Notes: generated from the sequence alone by a model not told the origin. A DNA stretch of 64,000 bases from Clostridia bacterium (GCA_050950825.1 JBMNIH010000006.1:128001-192000); one strand, 5' to 3'; numbered from the stretch's first letter, positions 28,814-39,932 are shown. Made by a program: numbers and translations.

Positions 28814-30064
28814 TTATGAAAGCATAATTTGAATGGCTTTGGCCAAGATACGGCTTGAGCGTATGCATTCTTCCAGAAGATTTCCTTCCGCCCCTATTTC
28901 CACCAATAAGGCACCGGTGCTGACGTGTTGGTTGTATCTGTACTTGCTTATGTAAACAGGGTCCGTAATACCGGGATACATGCTTTCCAATATGGTCGTA
29001 AGTCTAAGTGCCATTTGCAGATTCTGCTTCCAGTTTTCATGAGGCAGGCCGATTTCTCCCGTAGCCACAACAAAGGATATTTTCGCTACGGTTCCTTCCT
29101 TCGTTTCGTAGGGTAGCCTCATCTTAACATCGCTATCCAACGCATTTCTATGTACATCGATCACGATATCGGTGTTCGGGTTGCTTTCGATCAATCCGCT
29201 TATGGTTTTCAACGAGTTGGAATAGGCGTTGTTGAATACCGGGTAATCGTGAACCGTCGTATCGTGCAAAACGTTATAGCCGTATTTTTCTAAAGATAGG
29301 TAAAGCTCTCTTCCTACTCTGCAGATATTTTCCGAAGGATCGTCGCTTCTGGTATAAATCTCGCTGTTATAAATATCCGATACCCGGCTGACAAAGCTTT
29401 CGGTGGTATGGGTATGGTAAATTATTATCTTCGATTTGTTTTTATCAAAATAAAAGGGAAAGGGGTTTTCATACAGCTCCTGCACGATTTGATGAATGTT
29501 GTACCCGGTTTCGTTGATGAATTTGATGTTGTTGTAATCATAGGAAGGATCGACGGGCATCTCCACGGAAATACCTTCCGTATTCAGGTCCTTGTCCAAG
29601 GTTGTCTTGGTTCCGGAGGAGATTACTTCGTCCGACGGTATGACGATCTCGCCCGGTTCCCCGGTTTTCAGCTCCGTTTGCAAGTCCAATTCAATTTCTT
29701 CATCCAAAGCAGGATGATAGAGCATCATATCGCTATAGGGTATAAACAGCGGGTGTTCCGCAGCAAGAATGGAAATCGGCTTGTCGTCTTTACATCCGAA
29801 TAAGCTTAAAACATACCGGATAGCGTCGTTTATAACCGAATCGCTTTGGTGTCCCGGTTTTGTGTAAGAGATCATGATAGGCAGTTCGTGAGAAACAATA
29901 TCGTAGTGGACTTCGGTGTCGTTTTGAAAAAGCATACGGTTCAGCTCGGAGACCTTGTCCGTTACCAAATCGTTTGTTGTCAGCATTAGGATCAGTATTA
30001 CGATTAAACCGGCTATACATATATTGTATCCTCGATCAAGCAGCGCTTCTTCCCTTATCTTCAT
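28814..30064 (-). CDS. spoIIP: Stage II sporulation protein P (amidase/endopeptidase)
   Basis: IYHTHTTES, LHDTTVHDY, AYSNS, IDVHR, RYNQH, ALLVEIG. Confidence 0.9.
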   Translation of the reverse strand: MKIREEALLDRGYNICIAGLIVILILMLTTNDLVTDKVSELNRMLFQNDTEVHYDIVSHELPIMISYTKPGHQSDSVINDAIRYVLSLFGCKDDKPISILAAEHPLFIPYSDMMLYHPALDEEIELDLQTELKTGEPGEIVIPSDEVISSGTKTTLDKDLNTEGISVEMPVDPSYDYNNIKFINETGYNIHQIVQELYENPFPFYFDKNKSKIIIYHTHTTESFVSRVSDIYNSEIYTRSDDPSENICRVGRELYLSLEKYGYNVLHDTTVHDYPVFNNAYSNSLKTISGLIESNPNTDIVIDVHRNALDSDVKMRLPYETKEGTVAKISFVVATGEIGLPHENWKQNLQMALRLTTILESMYPGITDPVYISKYRYNQHVSTGALLVEIGAEGNLLEECIRSSRILAKAIQIMLS

Positions 30065-30175
30065 ATGACCTCCCTAAATCCGTAACCGTTTTTTAGCAAA
30101 ATAAAAATGCATCCGTTATGTTAATGTATATGCATATAACGGATGCATTATCTATTTTCTTTATCATTTTTACGG

Positions 30176-31246
30176 TCAATTTAGCAGCTTAAAGGTATAT
30201 CCTTTTTCCTTACATGCGGTAATAATGGAATCCAAAGCCTCCGCGTTGTCCTTCGACACGGCGTGGAGCAATAATACGGCACCGTTGTGGATATTGCTCA
30301 TAACTTTTTCGTAAGCGTAGTTTGCGCCTCGGATTTTATCCGTGTACCAGTCATCGTAAGCAAAGCTCCAGAACACCGTCTTGTATCCCAACATATCCGT
30401 AATCATTAACGTTCTTTCGCTGTATTCTCCTGAGGGCGGTCGGAATAACCGGGTACGGAATCCGTATCTTTCTACCATCTTTTTATCAAGATTATACAAT
30501 TCATCGTAGATCTTATCGTTATCGATATCGGGAAAACTCGGATGGGATACCGAATGATTTCCCACGATGTGTCCTTCGTTGACCATACGATCTACAAGGT
30601 CTTGATTCTTATCGAGGTAATATCCCGTAATGAAGAATACCGCTTTAACGTCATGCTTTTTTAAGGTATCCAAGATGGATGCCGTATACCCCATTTCGTA
30701 TCCCTCATCGAATGTAAGGTACAGAACCTTTTCATCGGTCTCGCCGATGTAGATACCGTTGTAAGGGGCGATAATCCTCGCGATACCGGGATCGATTTGC
30801 GTCGGTTTGTTCTCGTTGTTCGGATAGTACCACCAAGAATACTTCTTATTCGATACGTCTCCTACCTTTTCCAAGATCGATCGATCCGCAAAATTCGGGT
30901 CTTCCGCTTGCTTCGATGTTTCCTTCGGTGTTTCGCTTGTCGTTACGGAAACAGTTGTTTCCTTTGTCGTAATTTCACTTGTTGTAACTTTGCTTGTTTC
31001 GGTTGTCACCGGTTTTTGCGTTGTCGTTTCCGTCGTTACAACTGTTGTAGTTACCGTTGTAACGGAAGTCGTAGTCGTATCTTCCGTTTCTTTTGTTGTG
31101 CTTCCGATGATGGGGTCATCGGAGATTTCAGGAAAATCCAAATTAAAAAGATACGTAACCAACCCGGCGACTAAAACCAATAAAACAACGGCTATCAGTA
31201 CATTTCTTTCGAATTGATTCTTTTTCCTTTTTTTCTTTCCGGCCAT
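30176..31246 (-). CDS. pdaA: PdaA-like polysaccharide deacetylase with TM anchor and Thr-rich linker
   Basis: YLTFDEGYE, GNHSVSHP, FRPPSGEYSE, VFWSFAYDDW, LLHAVSKDNAEAL. Confidence 0.85.
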   Translation of the reverse strand: MAGKKKRKKNQFERNVLIAVVLLVLVAGLVTYLFNLDFPEISDDPIIGSTTKETEDTTTTSVTTVTTTVVTTETTTQKPVTTETSKVTTSEITTKETTVSVTTSETPKETSKQAEDPNFADRSILEKVGDVSNKKYSWWYYPNNENKPTQIDPGIARIIAPYNGIYIGETDEKVLYLTFDEGYEMGYTASILDTLKKHDVKAVFFITGYYLDKNQDLVDRMVNEGHIVGNHSVSHPSFPDIDNDKIYDELYNLDKKMVERYGFRTRLFRPPSGEYSERTLMITDMLGYKTVFWSFAYDDWYTDKIRGANYAYEKVMSNIHNGAVLLLHAVSKDNAEALDSIITACKEKGYTFKLLN

Positions 31247-31391
31247 TTCGTCTCCGCATACTTTATTCTTTTTTAGATTTGATCCCGTTCTTATCATTTT
31301 CTTCATGTACGAAAATATACATGTCCGTTCGCATGGCATACGGATCCGAAGCTTTCAAATAGGGATACCAAATCTTAAGTAAAAGTTTTCG

Positions 31392-31655
31392 CTATTTGTT
31401 CTTCACACGTTTAATGGGGATATCCGCTACCAAAGCGGCGGATCTTTTCCCTCGGTCCTCTTTGCGTGTAATCACTTCCACAGCCATATCGTCGGGATCA
31501 CAATCCATATACTTTTTCAACACTTCCGATATCTCTTTTTTAATCATTAACAACGTATTCGGGGATACGCCGGTTCTGTCTTCCACCAATACGGAAACCA
31601 ATCTTTCGGTAACAATATCCTTTGACTTTGTTTTTTTTCTATTAAATAATCCCAT
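31392..31655 (-). CDS. minE: Cell division topological specificity factor MinE
   Basis: SKDIVTERL..VL..DR, LVADIPI; follows minD. Confidence 0.9.
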   Translation of the reverse strand: MGLFNRKKTKSKDIVTERLVSVLVEDRTGVSPNTLLMIKKEISEVLKKYMDCDPDDMAVEVITRKEDRGKRSAALVADIPIKRVKNK

Positions 31656-31672
31656 ATCGATTTATTCCCCCA

Positions 31673-32473
31673 CTAGTCATTATTTCTATTAATCAATTTT
31701 TTCAATCTGCCAAAGAACGAAGTTTCGGCCATAATGTCTATAAACGGAACATTTTCCCCGATGATTCTTCTCGCTATGTTGTTGTAGGCTTTTCCCGCCA
31801 TGGAGCGCTTATCGGTAACGGCAGGTTCACCTTTGTTAGTGGATACCACAATGGATTGGTCGTCCGGAACCACGCCGATTAAATCGATAGCCAAAATGCC
31901 GACAATGTCATCAATCGTCATCATGTCGCCTTTTCTTACCATATCCGGTTCAATGCGGTTGACAATCAGTTTCGGACTATTCAGATCGTTTGCCTCCAGC
32001 AAACCGATGATTCTGTCAGCATCTCGAACCGCCGCAATTTGCGGTGTCGTAACGACAATCGCTTCATCGGCGCCGGCAATTGCATTTCGAAATCCGTGCT
32101 CGATACCTGCAGGACAGTCAATCAATATGTAATCGAATTCTTCTTTCAGCATGTCAACAAGCTTGATCATCTGTTCCTGGTTGACCGCCGTTTTATCTCG
32201 CGTCTGTGCGGCGGGCAATAAATAAACACCTTCAAAACGCTTGTCCTTAACCAATGCTTGCTTTAATCTGCATGTTCCTTCTATAACGTCAACAAGGTCA
32301 TAAACGATCCTGTTTTCGAGACCTAACACCACATCCAGATTTCTCAGTCCGATATCGGTATCTACCAATACTACTTTCTTTCCTAATAAAGCAAGTGCCG
32401 TTCCTAGATTCGCTGTTGTTGTCGTCTTCCCCACTCCGCCCTTTCCGGAAGTGATGACGATTACTTTATCCAT
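31673..32473 (-). CDS. minD: Septum site-determining ATPase MinD
   Basis: SGKGGVGKTT, DIGLRNLD, DCPAGIE, VRDADRIIG. Confidence 0.97.
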   Translation of the reverse strand: MDKVIVITSGKGGVGKTTTTANLGTALALLGKKVVLVDTDIGLRNLDVVLGLENRIVYDLVDVIEGTCRLKQALVKDKRFEGVYLLPAAQTRDKTAVNQEQMIKLVDMLKEEFDYILIDCPAGIEHGFRNAIAGADEAIVVTTPQIAAVRDADRIIGLLEANDLNSPKLIVNRIEPDMVRKGDMMTIDDIVGILAIDLIGVVPDDQSIVVSTNKGEPAVTDKRSMAGKAYNNIARRIIGENVPFIDIMAETSFFGRLKKLINRNND

Positions 32474-32498
32474 ATAGTTTCCTCCCGTTTATAACTCC

Positions 32499-33227
32499 TT
32501 ACTTTTTATTCAAAAAAACTGACAAGGGGTCGATAAAAATGCTGTTGCCTTCAATGTTCGCTACTTCCGGCTCCGAAGGTCGATAAGATCCGTCGGAATC
32601 ATCCGGCGGTCGGGTTATCAAATCGGCAATCCGCAATTGCGTCGGTTTCAACCGGTTTGCCACGATATATGCGCTGCGGTCTCCGTCCGTACCTGCATGT
32701 ACCAAGCCTTTAATGGTTCCCATTACAACGATGTTGCCCTTAGCCTTAATTTCGGCACCGGGATTGACATCGCCTAAAACAAGCACATTGCCGTCGTATT
32801 CGATTAAAACACCGGACCTTACCGTTCCTTTAACGAACTTCGTAAAATCGTTTTTATTTACTTTCATACCTGAGGATCGGCGAGACTGCCTGTTATTACC
32901 TAACTCGGCTCCGAAAGACCAAGAACTTTCCCCGGAGGAGCTAAAAGAAGGGAATTCCCTTTTAATCGTTTCTTGACCTTGATAAGGAATAATTTCCTTC
33001 ACGGTGATTTCCCCGATACTTTCAAACAACTCCTTCATTTTTGCTTTATCTTGATCCGTCAGTTCTTTTCCGGAATAGCCTAATGTAATGGTTTCTCCTT
33101 TAAAAAAGTCTTTTGACTTATGTAATTTTTTCTCTGTCTCCGAAAATATATCGTCCATGGATGCCGATTCATCCAACAATAAGCGAAATATTTTCTTTTC
33201 AGCTTTAAAAATCACACAATTTTCCAT
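32499..33227 (-). CDS. minC: Septum site-determining protein MinC
   Basis: TVRSG, GDVNPGAEI, GNIVVMG, VHAG, PTQLRIAD. Confidence 0.93.
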   Translation of the reverse strand: MENCVIFKAEKKIFRLLLDESASMDDIFSETEKKLHKSKDFFKGETITLGYSGKELTDQDKAKMKELFESIGEITVKEIIPYQGQETIKREFPSFSSSGESSWSFGAELGNNRQSRRSSGMKVNKNDFTKFVKGTVRSGVLIEYDGNVLVLGDVNPGAEIKAKGNIVVMGTIKGLVHAGTDGDRSAYIVANRLKPTQLRIADLITRPPDDSDGSYRPSEPEVANIEGNSIFIDPLSVFLNKK

Positions 33228-33350
33228 TGATTTACTTCCTCTCAACTGCTTTCGTGCCCGTCTTTTCATTCATATCATTTTCATTTTACTATAACTCAAC
33301 CTTAAAAACAATCATGAAGAAAAGGCGAAAGAAAAATTATCTAATTCTTA

Positions 33351-35456
33351 TTACGGTATCCAAAAGGATCCTACCGACTGCAGTGCGGTATCGTCCGCAT
33401 CCAAATTGAAATAAGCCGCCAAAATGTCTCTTGCCACAGGCGCCGTATAGGATCCCCAAACGCCTTTTTCAATGACAACGGCTACCGCAATTTCCGGATC
33501 ATCGGCAGGTGCAAAGCAAACGAAAAGTCCGTTGGATGAGCTTTCGCTTTCCTTACCGGTTTCCGCCGTACCGGTTTTTCCCGCTATCTTTATCGGGAAG
33601 TCGGAAAAGTACTGGTCCGCGGTTCCTTCCGCCGTTTGGGCCACACGCTGCATGCCGTCAATGATAATATCCAAAGTCTGCCGGCTGACGCCGGTTTCTT
33701 CGTATTCCGGCTCCGCTTTGTATACCGTATTGTTGTTGTGATCGATAACTTCTTTGATAATATGGGGCGTCATTCTTTTTCCGCCGTTGGCGATGGTAGC
33801 CGCGTAATTTGCCAGCTGCAAGGGAGTAAAGCCGTTGTACAGCTGTCCGATGGCGGTCTGCGCCGTATCGGCAATCCACCATTCTTCACCCTTTTGAGTA
33901 TATTTAAAGTTTCTGTTGGATCGATGTCCCCGGTTTTCTCCCGGAAGCTCAATTCCGGTGTATTCTCCCAACCCGAATTTTTGAGCCCACTTGTCGATGT
34001 TGCTAATACCGGTTTCCACTCCCAACTTGAAAAAATACAGGTTGCAGGAAGTGGCGATGGCACGCTCAATCGTTAAATGACCGTGGATTCCCATGCCCAT
34101 AACATATTCCATACAATAGAATCGCCTTCCCCCTATTTCAGAGGATCCGTCACATAAAATGGTTTTTTGAGGAGTCAAAATACCTTCCTCCAAAGCGGCG
34201 ATTCCGACAAGGGGTTTAAAAGTAGAACCGGGTGCATAGGGTGCTTGCAGCGCTCGGTTAAACAAAGGCCTTCTTTCATTGTCGAATATCAATTCCAATC
34301 GTTTTTCCTGCGCTTCTTGGCTGTTGTCGATAAATACGGAAGGATCATATCCCGGGTAGCTTGCCAAAACCAACACTTCGCCTGTTTTAACGTCGATGGC
34401 CACGGCGGCGCCGGCGTTGGCATCACCGAAGTTTCCTTTCGCTTCGTCCTTTTGGGAAACTATGCTTTGAATTGTTCTTTCCAGCGATTCCATCGCGACT
34501 TTTTGCAGTCGGGTATCAATGGTTAAGATGACGTCATTTCCCGGTATGGCAGGTATGCCTTTCAATTCGGTCATGATGCGACCGGATTGGTCCACTTCCA
34601 TTTTTCTCAAACCGTTTTCCCCTCTTAAATACTGTTCCGCCGCCGCTTCCACGCCGGTTTTCCCTATGTAATCGCTGGAGGAATAACCCGGATTGTTTTC
34701 CAATTCGGTTTGGTTGATCATACCGATATATCCTAAGACATGGGCCGTATTTTCCGCATTGACATAAATTCTTTGCGGTACCACGTTGGCCATCAATCCG
34801 GGCATCAAATGATTCTGTTCCTCTATTTCGGCGATGGTTTGGTTGCTTACATGGGCCGCCAATTTCACCGGGCTTCCGGTGAAGAACATCCAGCCGTGAG
34901 TGATAATCTCATAGCGCATCGCCATAATGGCGTAAATTTCATCTTGGGTTAAGGCAGAATCAATATGAAAATATTCGTCACGCAAATATTCGTAAAAGGC
35001 TTTCGGATCGTAAATGACGTTTTCTTTTTTAATGTTAAACGTATCGATATTCGCTTGCCAATTTTGTATTTGATCCGGGGTCATGTCTCGAAAAGAAAAA
35101 GGATCCACGGTAAAATACTTGCTCAAATTGTCGATGTAACTGTCCCCGTTCTTGATTAAGATCCGATACAAGGTCAATAGCGCTTTGTTCATACCTTCGT
35201 CTTTTAAACCCGCTTTTTGGATATACAGGTCGTAGGTCTGCGTATTGACGGCAAGAGGCAGGCCGTTTCGGTCCAATATGACCCCTCGATAGGCTTGGGT
35301 TTCAATGTCCTTGTAGATTCGCATTCCGGAACGGTCTCTTTCTTCTTCGCCGTGAATAATTTGCATGTCATATAACCGTGCGAAGTAGAGGAATACGACA
35401 CACAAAAAAATAACGACTACAAAAAAGATTCTTTTTCCGTAAATATTCAATCTCAC
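33351..35456 (-). CDS. mrdA: Penicillin-binding protein 2
   Basis: RGVILDRNG, PGSTFK (SxxK), SCN (SxN), GKTGTAE; within the mre-min operon. Confidence 0.93.
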   Translation of the reverse strand: MRLNIYGKRIFFVVVIFLCVVFLYFARLYDMQIIHGEEERDRSGMRIYKDIETQAYRGVILDRNGLPLAVNTQTYDLYIQKAGLKDEGMNKALLTLYRILIKNGDSYIDNLSKYFTVDPFSFRDMTPDQIQNWQANIDTFNIKKENVIYDPKAFYEYLRDEYFHIDSALTQDEIYAIMAMRYEIITHGWMFFTGSPVKLAAHVSNQTIAEIEEQNHLMPGLMANVVPQRIYVNAENTAHVLGYIGMINQTELENNPGYSSSDYIGKTGVEAAAEQYLRGENGLRKMEVDQSGRIMTELKGIPAIPGNDVILTIDTRLQKVAMESLERTIQSIVSQKDEAKGNFGDANAGAAVAIDVKTGEVLVLASYPGYDPSVFIDNSQEAQEKRLELIFDNERRPLFNRALQAPYAPGSTFKPLVGIAALEEGILTPQKTILCDGSSEIGGRRFYCMEYVMGMGIHGHLTIERAIATSCNLYFFKLGVETGISNIDKWAQKFGLGEYTGIELPGENRGHRSNRNFKYTQKGEEWWIADTAQTAIGQLYNGFTPLQLANYAATIANGGKRMTPHIIKEVIDHNNNTVYKAEPEYEETGVSRQTLDIIIDGMQRVAQTAEGTADQYFSDFPIKIAGKTGTAETGKESESSSNGLFVCFAPADDPEIAVAVVIEKGVWGSYTAPVARDILAAYFNLDADDTALQSVGSFWIP

Positions 35457-35962
35457 GCAGCCCCTTTCTCATCGGACATTGACCTTAAAAGCAAATTGTA
35501 GATGAAATAAACGGCGGGAGTCAACAAAAGATTTAAAATCATAACCGGTGCAACGGTTTTGCCGAATAAAGCTCCTACGGTTACCCCCATACGAAAGTAA
35601 CCGAAAAACAGCCAGTTTAAAACCTCATACAAAAAGGAAGCGGCCGAAACAAACAACAAACAGAACAAAATGTTGTTTTTCATCAGCTTGTTTCGAGCAA
35701 AAGATACGGCGATAGCGGTTCCGCAGAAAAGCAGAATATGAAAACCGATTTGCTTGCTGTAAAGCATATCCTCGATCATTCCGGATAAAGCGGCATAGGC
35801 ATAAGGGACCCATCCTCCGGGAACAATCATGGCTACAACCACAACGGTAATCAACAGTATATTAGGAACGACACCTTGAAGGTATAAATATTCCCCTATG
35901 GATACTCTTAAAATCAAAGGCAAAAGAAACAAAACGATTAACAAGATGATTTTTTTCTTCAT
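35453..35962 (-). CDS. mreD: Rod shape-determining protein MreD
   Basis: Membrane protein, GVVPN.L and G...D motifs, position after mreC. Confidence 0.85.
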   Translation of the reverse strand: MKKKIILLIVLFLLPLILRVSIGEYLYLQGVVPNILLITVVVVAMIVPGGWVPYAYAALSGMIEDMLYSKQIGFHILLFCGTAIAVSFARNKLMKNNILFCLLFVSAASFLYEVLNWLFFGYFRMGVTVGALFGKTVAPVMILNLLLTPAVYFIYNLLLRSMSDEKGAA

Positions 35963-36825
35963 GAAGCATCACCCGCGTTTTCGTTTTCTTCTTCGTTGCG
36001 TTGTTTTAATACATACACTTCGTCGATTCTTTTGAAATCCGCCATGGGTTTTAAAAGGGCATACCGTTCGTTCAAGGAAGGCATGTCCACTACGGCCACC
36101 ACTTCACCGATAATAATCCCTTTCGGATATATGCCTCCTAATCCGGACGTTTCGATAATATCCCCCGGCTGAATGTTTACTTCCATATTGATATTCGTTA
36201 CCCTGCAAAGCCCGCTGTTTTTGAGATTGATATCTCCTTTTACGGTCAGCGCTCCTCCTCCCGGCTTCGATATCCATCCGCTGACACCCATGGTCTGGTC
36301 GATAATCGACACCACCATGGAGGTGTTGTAATCGGTCATATATATGCGTCCGATCAAACAATTGTCATGGGTAACCACCACCATATCGCTGCCCAAACCG
36401 TCCTTCGAGCCCTTGTCAATGCGAAAATTGTCAAACCAGTTACCGGACTCCTTGGATATGACATTGCCCCCTATGATCTCGTAATCGGCAAATTTGGTTT
36501 TCAAACGAACCGCTTCTCTCAAACGAGCGTTTTCCGCCTTCAACGCTTCGTATGCTCGATGTGTGCTTTCCAACAGATTAATCCGCTCTTTGAGCATTCT
36601 GTTTTCTTCCAACAAATCTCTTTTCTCTTTAATGGTATCGATGGTATCGTTGATCTTTTTTATGTTTTGAGAAAAGAAGCTTTGCACGTACTTGGCCGGT
36701 ATCGTTACGATGTTTCTTAAAGCCTGGAGATTGCTAGCGGGATTCGTCGTGATTCCAATAACCACCAACGAAAGGATAACGGCAAGGATACTCAATACTA
36801 TTCGATTTCCAAATATTTTTTTCAA
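35959..36825 (-). CDS. mreC: Rod shape-determining protein MreC
   Basis: Coiled coil ENARLR, IDKGSKDG, TSGLGGIYPKGI; TTG start after GGAGGA. Confidence 0.92.
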   Translation of the reverse strand: MKKIFGNRIVLSILAVILSLVVIGITTNPASNLQALRNIVTIPAKYVQSFFSQNIKKINDTIDTIKEKRDLLEENRMLKERINLLESTHRAYEALKAENARLREAVRLKTKFADYEIIGGNVISKESGNWFDNFRIDKGSKDGLGSDMVVVTHDNCLIGRIYMTDYNTSMVVSIIDQTMGVSGWISKPGGGALTVKGDINLKNSGLCRVTNINMEVNIQPGDIIETSGLGGIYPKGIIIGEVVAVVDMPSLNERYALLKPMADFKRIDEVYVLKQRNEEENENAGDAS

Positions 36826-36868
36826 TTCCAATCCTCCGTTATTCGTACCGGCAGACGAACATTCGTTA

Positions 36869-37867
36869 TTATTCCAATAAGCTGCTTTCCAAGACTTTAA
36901 TTTCCTCCAACACCTTGCCTGCACCGACAGCAACGCAACGTAACGGATCTTCCGCTATCCGTACCGGCATGGTCGTTTCCTGACTGATGACATCGGCGAT
37001 GTTTCTCAAATACGCACCGCCGCCTGCCAGCATAATGCCGTCCGTCATCACGTCGGCTAAAAGCTCCGGAGGCGTGTTTTCAATGACGGACTTGATGGCT
37101 TCCACGATCAAATCCACCTGCTGGCGTATCGGTTCCACAATATCGTAAGAAGACAACTCGATTTGCTGAGGAAGTCCTTCGAAAATGCTCATACCGCTGA
37201 AGACCCTTTTTTGTTCCTCATGATTCATGTCGGCATAGCCGATTTGGATCTTAATATTCTCCGCCGTTCTTTCCCCGATTGCTACATTGTATTTTCTCTT
37301 TACATAGTCGGCAATAGCCGCATCAATAGTGTTTCCCGCAACGTTGATGGATCGGGAAACCACAATCCCTCCTAAGGATATTACGGCGATATCGGTAGTC
37401 CCCCCTCCGATATCCACAATCATGTTCCCCGTAGGCGACGCTACGGGCAGCCCTGCTCCTATGGCGGAGGCCTTACATTCTTCAATTAAAAATACGCTTT
37501 TGGCTCCGGCTGCGTAAGTGGCGTCTTTAACGGCTTGTCTTTCCACCTTGGATGCGCATGTCGGTACACTGATAACCACCCGAGTTTTTGAAAAAGGATA
37601 TTTTCGTATTGCTTTGTTAAGAAAGTAGTCGATCAAAGCGCTTGCAATGGTATAGTCGGCAATGACTCCGCCGCTTAAGGGCTTGGTGGCGATAATTCGT
37701 CCCGGTGTGCGCCCCAGCATTTCCTTGGCTTCGCTGCCAACCGCAATAATTTTATCGGTTTTCTTGTCTTTTGCCACTACCGTAGGCTCGTCGACAACGA
37801 TCCCCTTTCCTTTCATATATACCAAGGTATTGGCCGTTCCCAAATCAATTCCGATATCTCTAGCCAT
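36869..37867 (-). CDS. mreB: Actin-like MreB
   Basis: DIGIDLGTANT, GVIADY, VDIGGGTT, LAGGGA, EDPLRCVA. Confidence 0.95.
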   Translation of the reverse strand: MARDIGIDLGTANTLVYMKGKGIVVDEPTVVAKDKKTDKIIAVGSEAKEMLGRTPGRIIATKPLSGGVIADYTIASALIDYFLNKAIRKYPFSKTRVVISVPTCASKVERQAVKDATYAAGAKSVFLIEECKASAIGAGLPVASPTGNMIVDIGGGTTDIAVISLGGIVVSRSINVAGNTIDAAIADYVKRKYNVAIGERTAENIKIQIGYADMNHEEQKRVFSGMSIFEGLPQQIELSSYDIVEPIRQQVDLIVEAIKSVIENTPPELLADVMTDGIMLAGGGAYLRNIADVISQETTMPVRIAEDPLRCVAVGAGKVLEEIKVLESSLLE

Positions 37868-37925
37868 GAAGGTCTCCTTTCAATCTGCATCCGTTAATTT
37901 TGCCGGTGTCCCTAATCATTCCAAC

Positions 37926-38522
37926 CTATTTCGCATCATCCAAAAAACTTCTTCCCAACTTATTAAACATTTCTTCGAGTAAGTTGACGGGCAAGCCCAT
38001 CACGTTAAAAAAACAGCCTTCGATCCTTTTAACAAGCAAAGCACCTTTATCTTGAATACCATATGCACCGGCTTTGTCCTTGTATTCTTCGGTATCAAGA
38101 TAGCTTTCAATTTTTTTATCCGATAAACGGTCAAACCACACATCGGTGCATCGATGGTCAACCAATTGAATATTTTCGTCTTTCTTCATTATGCATACAC
38201 CGGTTATGACCTTGTGGCATTTTCCCGACAAACTTTTTAACATTTCCCGAGCATGTCCACGGTTCTTCGGTTTGCCGTAGATCATTCGATCCAAAACCAC
38301 AATGGTATCGGCGGCAATTACAAAACGATCCGGATGCAAACCGGCTACGTGTTCCGCTTTTAATAAAGCCAATTCCATTGCGTAATTTGCAGGATTTTCC
38401 CGATCCCATCTGACTTTGCTTTCATCCGTATCAGAGGGAATCACATCAAACCGGCATCCGACACTTTCAAGCAGCTCTTTTCTTCTCGGAGACTCGGATG
38501 CTAAAATCAAATGTTCCTTCAA
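37926..38522 (-). CDS. maf: Maf nucleoside triphosphate pyrophosphatase
   Basis: LILASESPRRKELL, ADTIV, GKP, DKAGAYGIQ, NVMGLP. Confidence 0.96.
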   Translation of the reverse strand: MKEHLILASESPRRKELLESVGCRFDVIPSDTDESKVRWDRENPANYAMELALLKAEHVAGLHPDRFVIAADTIVVLDRMIYGKPKNRGHAREMLKSLSGKCHKVITGVCIMKKDENIQLVDHRCTDVWFDRLSDKKIESYLDTEEYKDKAGAYGIQDKGALLVKRIEGCFFNVMGLPVNLLEEMFNKLGRSFLDDAK

Positions 38523-38537
38523 GTGTCCTCCTTTTTG

Positions 38538-38804
38538 TTACCGATACAAAATAATGGCCAAAATGGCTCCGATAATACTCCCTGCATTGATTCTCATGGT
38601 TAATCCGAAGCTAAACCGAATCAAATGAAAATCGATCAAGGGGGTGAAGTTTAAATCAAACAGTGTAATATACCCGTTTCTTCCCCCTAAACTCATCCAA
38701 GAAAAAAATTTGTACTGCGATAACAGTTCGCCTAAAAATCCCCCTGCCAAAGACAGAACAATAATCAGAAGGAGTAATATCCATCCGTTTTTCCCGTTCT
38801 TCAT
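38538..38804 (-). CDS. DUF4321-like small membrane protein
   Basis: Hydrophobic, ends IGAILAIILYR; usual position upstream of maf in Firmicutes. Confidence 0.75.
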   Translation of the reverse strand: MKNGKNGWILLLLIIVLSLAGGFLGELLSQYKFFSWMSLGGRNGYITLFDLNFTPLIDFHLIRFSFGLTMRINAGSIIGAILAIILYR

Positions 38805-38885
38805 ATTGCTTCCTTTCTTGTGATAAAAAGCTATGGATAATCCACACATTAGCAATTATACACCGAATAACCGAGGCATACAATA

Positions 38886-39932
38886 TCAATTTGCTCCCTT
38901 GTTCGCCGTCGATTCGGCCCGTTTTTTTAGCTTCAGGGGTCTGTCCTTGTTGATCAGGCAGAAGACTCCGCCGATAAGAAGGTTTAAATAGTAGGTAATA
39001 AACCTCCAAATCAATACGGCCGCTAATATGGAAGTCGGTTTGAAGAACCTTTTAAAAAAGATATACCCTATTCCCTCGGCTCCTCCGGCGGCACCGGGTG
39101 ACGGAATTAAACCGGAAATCATGGTGACCATGGTTTGAGAAGTCAGCAAATCGAAAAAATCGGAAACGGAAGGCTCGCATGCCGCTTGGATGAAATAAAG
39201 GACCGAACAAAAGGCCGTGATTTGAACACAAGTGGCAAGCAAAAGCTCCGCCCATTCCTTTTTATGTTCTCTCAACTTTTTTAAAGCGGAGGCCATGAGA
39301 GCGATTTCTCGATTTAAGTTTTCTTTCATTTTGACGATGCTTTTTCTTAACCTTGTTTTACTTAAAATATTGCATAACCCGTTCATGATTTTCGTCATCA
39401 AAGACCTGCTAAAAAACATACAGTAAAACAGGATTAAAGCAAGATTGGTTACGACGCCGATGACAAACAAGGGAAAGAAGCCGGCGATATTCTTTGTTAA
39501 ATAGCCAAAGTTGAGAATTAAAGTAAAAACGGTAATGGCCAGAAGAGTTCCTTGCCATACTAAGGATTTGATAACCACAACAGCGGTGGATTCTCCGTAG
39601 GTCAGCCCTTTTCTTTTTAATAGATATACGGCTACCGGCTGCCCTCCTCCCGCAAAAGGAGTAGCGGCATTAAAAAATTGAACCGCCATGGAGATGTGAA
39701 AGGAGTGTTTAAAAACGATCTTTCGGGAAACGGATTCGACCAGCTTCATCAGTAAAAATCCGTCAAACAACCAATATATGACCATTAATGCTATGGCTGC
39801 CGAAAAGTACCCGTACTTGATATTCGCCGGCATACTGCTTAATGCGGCAGGATCCTCGCTTTTAATCACGTAAACCGCCGTCAACAACGTGAATATCAGT
39901 ATAAGAAGTATGCTTACGACTTTCTTTTTCAA
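38886..39932 (-). CDS. Lysylphosphatidylglycerol-synthase-TM / flippase-like membrane protein (UPF0104)
   Basis: FFNAATPFAGGGQP, IPSPGAAGGAE, WRFITYY. Confidence 0.88.
   Translation of the reverse strand: MKKKVVSILLILIFTLLTAVYVIKSEDPAALSSMPANIKYGYFSAAIALMVIYWLFDGFLLMKLVESVSRKIVFKHSFHISMAVQFFNAATPFAGGGQPVAVYLLKRKGLTYGESTAVVVIKSLVWQGTLLAITVFTLILNFGYLTKNIAGFFPLFVIGVVTNLALILFYCMFFSRSLMTKIMNGLCNILSKTRLRKSIVKMKENLNREIALMASALKKLREHKKEWAELLLATCVQITAFCSVLYFIQAACEPSVSDFFDLLTSQTMVTMISGLIPSPGAAGGAEGIGYIFFKRFFKPTSILAAVLIWRFITYYLNLLIGGVFCLINKDRPLKLKKRAESTANKGAN

Noticed and set aside
30900-31100. Low-complexity GTT/CGT-rich tract
   Set aside because: Encodes the Thr-rich linker of the PdaA-like deacetylase; not a DNA repeat element.
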